Assembly (NCBI GenBank): GCA_020184695.1
Contig: JAANOX010000071.1
Span: 1-64,000, forward strand
Direction of reading: 5' to 3'
Length of the DNA: 64,000 bases
From: Histomonas meleagridis 2922-C6/04-290x
Taxonomy: Eukaryota > Protista > Parabasalia
The number at the start of each line of letters is the position of its first letter. Position 1 is the stretch's first letter. The position numbers and the translations under genes are program-made. The notes under the pieces are model-generated. The model had not been told where the DNA came from. It saw only the letters and a program-made list of their open reading frames with translations, and searched no databases. Of this stretch, positions 60,587 through 64,000 are shown piece after piece.

Positions 60587-62344
60587 TTATTGGCACTTAA
60601 GTAACGCCATACAAGCGAAATATTTGACATCTGTATCAGGGTCATTCGACAACGTTTTCAAGCAAATTTGGATCTGTTGATTTACTTTCGGCTCATTTGT
60701 CCCTACAAACAACAGAAGCGTTTTTGCTACCATAAACTTAACGTTCACCACCCTATCGTTTGACATATGCAACACAACTGGCAAAAAGTACTTGACGAGG
60801 ACATTCATTGGCACATAGCCATGCAATTGCGTGACACACATAAGTGTTACTTGTCGTATTAGATAGTTCTGATGCTTCTTGAATTGTAAGATGACTGGAG
60901 CTAATGTTTGAACACACCAATCAACTCCAAATTGTTGAACAAGCGCTCCAAGTTGTTTGGACATTTGATCTCGAACACTGTAAATGGAATCTGAAAGCCA
61001 TGAGGTGACTAATGGAAATAGTTTTCGACTAAATTCATCAAGCCCAAGAACATGTGCAAATGATGGTATAAGCTTAATGATAACAACCTTTACGCGCCAG
61101 TGTGTCTCATTGGCAATCTCTAAAATAACAGGAAGAATGGATGGAGTTATAGAAGCAAGATCAACTTTATCGGCATACGTTAGAAGGGAGGTTAAAAGTG
61201 CCACGCTCGCTTCGTTATCGTTTTCTCTCAAAATTTGAATAAAAAGTGGGACGATAGAAGCAGTGGTGTTGTGATGATCTATAACTGAAGCTAACTCCAT
61301 AAGACGAAGTGAAACTTCTCGTTTGACTTGAGGAGCGCCATCTTTAACAAGGCTAGAAAATTCTGGTATGAACTTATCTGCTATAAATGATTCATTACCT
61401 TTAAGTAAAGGAAGAATACCCGAAATAGTTTTGACAGCTGCTGCTTTTGTTTCAGCCTCAGGATCACGCATCAAACGAAAGAGAATAGGACAAATTTCAT
61501 TCATTATAATTTCTGATGTAAATGGTTTGGAAATTGTAGGAAGTTCATTGGCAAGTGAAGACCGAACACGCCAGCTTCCATCTTTAATGATGATCTTGAG
61601 GAAAGAAATGATTAATTCATTTCGATCATTCTCATTGAGCTTACCAGAAATAACAGAAATTGTTGCCGGGACAAGAAGACGAACAGAATCTTCATCATCG
61701 TTTACAGCAGCCGAAAGAATATCTTTGGCAATTTCACCAATGATAATATTTGGTTGAAGAAACTCGCAAAGCTGTGGAAGATATTTAAGAGCACTTCGAC
61801 GAACCATTGGCGTTTCGTCTTTGCATAGCCCTTTGTATATTGTACGTAAAATTGCCTTATTTGATTCATTAACTTTTGTGTATACTTTGATAGCAAATGC
61901 GCAAGCAGATGAACGGGCTGTGAAAAATTCGGCATTTGCAAGATCTTTACATGTAGACATAAGATTTGAATCTGCGTTCGCTTGTGGAATTGATTCACAC
62001 ACAACTCCCATACTTTCTATTGCTTTGTCACGAACTACTGATTCTTCTGCAGATGCTAAAACCTTTAATGGTCCAAGTAAAACATGTGCATATTCAGGTC
62101 CTCCAACATATTTGACTAAAGCTCCAAAACAACTCGCAAGATACATTTGTACTTCACCATCAAGTTGATTGGCTGACATTAAAAATTGCATCAGTTCATT
62201 GCGGGCATGCTCTGGACCCATTGCTGCAGCAACCAAAGAAATGTTATTTGCTGCGAAGAGCCTATGATTTACGTTATCGCTATTTAGTTCTTCTATAAAA
62301 AAATTAAGTACAAATGAAGGGTCTGCTTGCTGTTGCCTTGTCAT
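60587..62344 (-). CDS. PPP2R1: Protein phosphatase 2A scaffold (A/PR65) subunit
   Basis: FFIEELNSDNVNHRL, LASAEESVVRDKA, LCKDETPMVRRSA, DEDSVR, DGSWRVRS, ETHWRVKV and DPDTDVKYFA HEAT repeats. Likely ATG at 62344. Confidence 0.92.
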   Translation of the reverse strand: MTRQQQADPSFVLNFFIEELNSDNVNHRLFAANNISLVAAAMGPEHARNELMQFLMSANQLDGEVQMYLASCFGALVKYVGGPEYAHVLLGPLKVLASAEESVVRDKAIESMGVVCESIPQANADSNLMSTCKDLANAEFFTARSSACAFAIKVYTKVNESNKAILRTIYKGLCKDETPMVRRSALKYLPQLCEFLQPNIIIGEIAKDILSAAVNDDEDSVRLLVPATISVISGKLNENDRNELIISFLKIIIKDGSWRVRSSLANELPTISKPFTSEIIMNEICPILFRLMRDPEAETKAAAVKTISGILPLLKGNESFIADKFIPEFSSLVKDGAPQVKREVSLRLMELASVIDHHNTTASIVPLFIQILRENDNEASVALLTSLLTYADKVDLASITPSILPVILEIANETHWRVKVVIIKLIPSFAHVLGLDEFSRKLFPLVTSWLSDSIYSVRDQMSKQLGALVQQFGVDWCVQTLAPVILQFKKHQNYLIRQVTLMCVTQLHGYVPMNVLVKYFLPVVLHMSNDRVVNVKFMVAKTLLLFVGTNEPKVNQQIQICLKTLSNDPDTDVKYFACMALLKCQ

Positions 62345-62737
62345 CCAATGAACTATACCCCTCTCAAAATGCAATTTAAATTTTGAATGCCAAAGAAAAC
62401 GTATTTTTGGAATTGGTGTGTAGCAAATCTGCTTGCCATTAAAGATAAAGTAGGAACTGTACCTTGGTTAAACTCACCAGCTTGCCAACTTTCCTGTTTG
62501 ATTTTTTTCGATAATAAAAAATTTTTTTTCGATGAGTGATAATAATTTATTTTAAAATATATTTATCAAGGAAATAACCAAGGCACTATAAAACGCAACA
62601 TATTAAATACCATAACTTCTTTATATTAATTTTTAAAGATGTATTATAAAAGTAATTTGCAGATAGGATAAAAAAATTATTCATAATTTCGAAAATAATT
62701 TGATTTGAAAAAAGGAAAGAATAACATTTTATTAAAA

Positions 62738-64000
62738 TTAATGATGAACAACTTTTCGAACTCTTTTTCGTATAATAGTTTTCTTTACTGGCGAAGGAGC
62801 GTTTGCTGAAGAAGTGCTGTGATTATCGCTTTGAACTGTTTGTGAGTTAAGGCGTTGTTGTAGCCTTTGTTGCACGGCTCTTTGCTGAGCAGATGTGCTC
62901 GAGCTTACAACAAGAGGATTTGGTTTTGGCGATGCGTTTTCTTTTTTATTCTTTTCTGTAGGCTCAAAAAAGTCATCATCAGTCACTTGCACAACTTCAT
63001 CACGTTGTTGCATGGATTGGTTCTGAATTGTTTTTTGGTTTTGTTCATTTTGACAATTATCAGGCGGTTTTCTATCGGCTTCCTTTGATGCTTCGATTTG
63101 ATGTCTTAAACGCTGTTGTATTGCGGCTTGTTCCGCAGTTGTTTTGCTTGCTTGCACTAGTGGATTAGGTTTGTGCTCTTGTTCTTGTGCTGGCATTGGA
63201 ATAAAATCAATTTTTTCTTCATTTTCTTCATCTGACCAAAAAGATTCCTCATTTTCTTCTTTAATATCAGATTTGCGATAGAGTATTGGCATGGGATTTT
63301 GCGATTCTTCATCACTTTGTGACTCTTCTTCGTTATTTTCTTCTTGTATTAATTTGAAAATTTTGGATTCTTTGATTTCAGGAATATTCTGTGATGGTTG
63401 AAAAACAGGTGATTTTAAGCCAACCTTCGAGTCTTCTTCAGGGAAATACTTTCTAAGTGATTCATTGGTGATGTATCGTTTCGAATTATTAAATGAAGAT
63501 ATCTGAAAAGATCGCAATGATTCATCAGAAAAACGGAAAAGCGTTGAGTATACCTTTCTTTTTGTTGAGAGAAGGGGCAGTTGTAGCCAATTGAATAGTT
63601 CTTTGAGTCCGGAATTTGTTTTTAGACTTCCAGCAACGTATGAAAACCTTTTCAGGTAATAAACAAGAGGCTCTGGTATGAGAGGTCTTGTACTATGATC
63701 ATCATAAAAATTTGAAAAAACGATAATTTGGATATCTTCTGGTGCTTGGCTAATAATCTTTTCTGCATAATTGATTGACTCTTGAGAGCGGTGGTCAATC
63801 ATAATAATCACTCCATTTGCTTTTTTATGAAATTCATAAAGATTGGTTGTATGAATTGTATCCAATATCGTAAATTCACAACTTGATTTATCTCGAGGTG
63901 ATTGCCAGTGAAGAACATACTTTTCTATTGATTTTGATGGTTCATATTTTGTATCAAATAATTCTCCTTTCATGAGTTTGAAAAGAGTTGATTTCCCTGT
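62738..64000 (-). CDS. RABL6-like atypical GTPase with acidic/Pro-rich tail (5' end beyond the window)
   Basis: The frame stays open to the window edge with P-loop TGKSTLF; GVIIMID and GLKELFNWLQLPLL resemble RABL6. Confidence 0.7.
   Translation of the reverse strand, partial: TGKSTLFKLMKGELFDTKYEPSKSIEKYVLHWQSPRDKSSCEFTILDTIHTTNLYEFHKKANGVIIMIDHRSQESINYAEKIISQAPEDIQIIVFSNFYDDHSTRPLIPEPLVYYLKRFSYVAGSLKTNSGLKELFNWLQLPLLSTKRKVYSTLFRFSDESLRSFQISSFNNSKRYITNESLRKYFPEEDSKVGLKSPVFQPSQNIPEIKESKIFKLIQEENNEEESQSDEESQNPMPILYRKSDIKEENEESFWSDEENEEKIDFIPMPAQEQEHKPNPLVQASKTTAEQAAIQQRLRHQIEASKEADRKPPDNCQNEQNQKTIQNQSMQQRDEVVQVTDDDFFEPTEKNKKENASPKPNPLVVSSSTSAQQRAVQQRLQQRLNSQTVQSDNHSTSSANAPSPVKKTIIRKRVRKVVHH

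Overview
AT-rich eukaryotic nuclear DNA with the gene content of a parabasalid protist, most like Tritrichomonas/Trichomonas (inferred from BspA-type LRR surface proteins, DUF3447-type ankyrin proteins, AAAGTGAC promoter-like motifs and tightly packed intronless housekeeping genes). Housekeeping-type genes include RIB43A, an LCAT-like acyltransferase, a TOR-like PIKK, a CK1-family kinase, a DNAI2-like dynein intermediate chain, a beta-adaptin, a TMEM216-like protein, a LOA1-like acyltransferase, a talin-like I/LWEQ protein, PP2A-A and a RABL6-like GTPase. They are interleaved with five DUF3447/ankyrin paralogues and several surface-protein genes, one of which lies in a ~4 kb inverted duplication and carries a long in-frame (AAT)n tract. 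The main finding is that every C-terminal ankyrin repeat in four paralogues is interrupted at the same position by an AT-rich insert, giving an exact 170-bp period. In the best-supported register these are 74-nt phase-1 introns (22 of 24 units) with mostly non-canonical AT-AT/AT-AA ends, one AT-AC and one GT-AG. Removing them turns the stop-riddled 51679-55079 locus into a clean 812-aa ankyrin protein. This points to an apparently undescribed class of fixed-length non-canonical introns, but transcript data are needed to confirm it. All family assignments are from motif recognition by eye; no database searches were run. Many homopolymer frameshifts could be long-read assembly errors.
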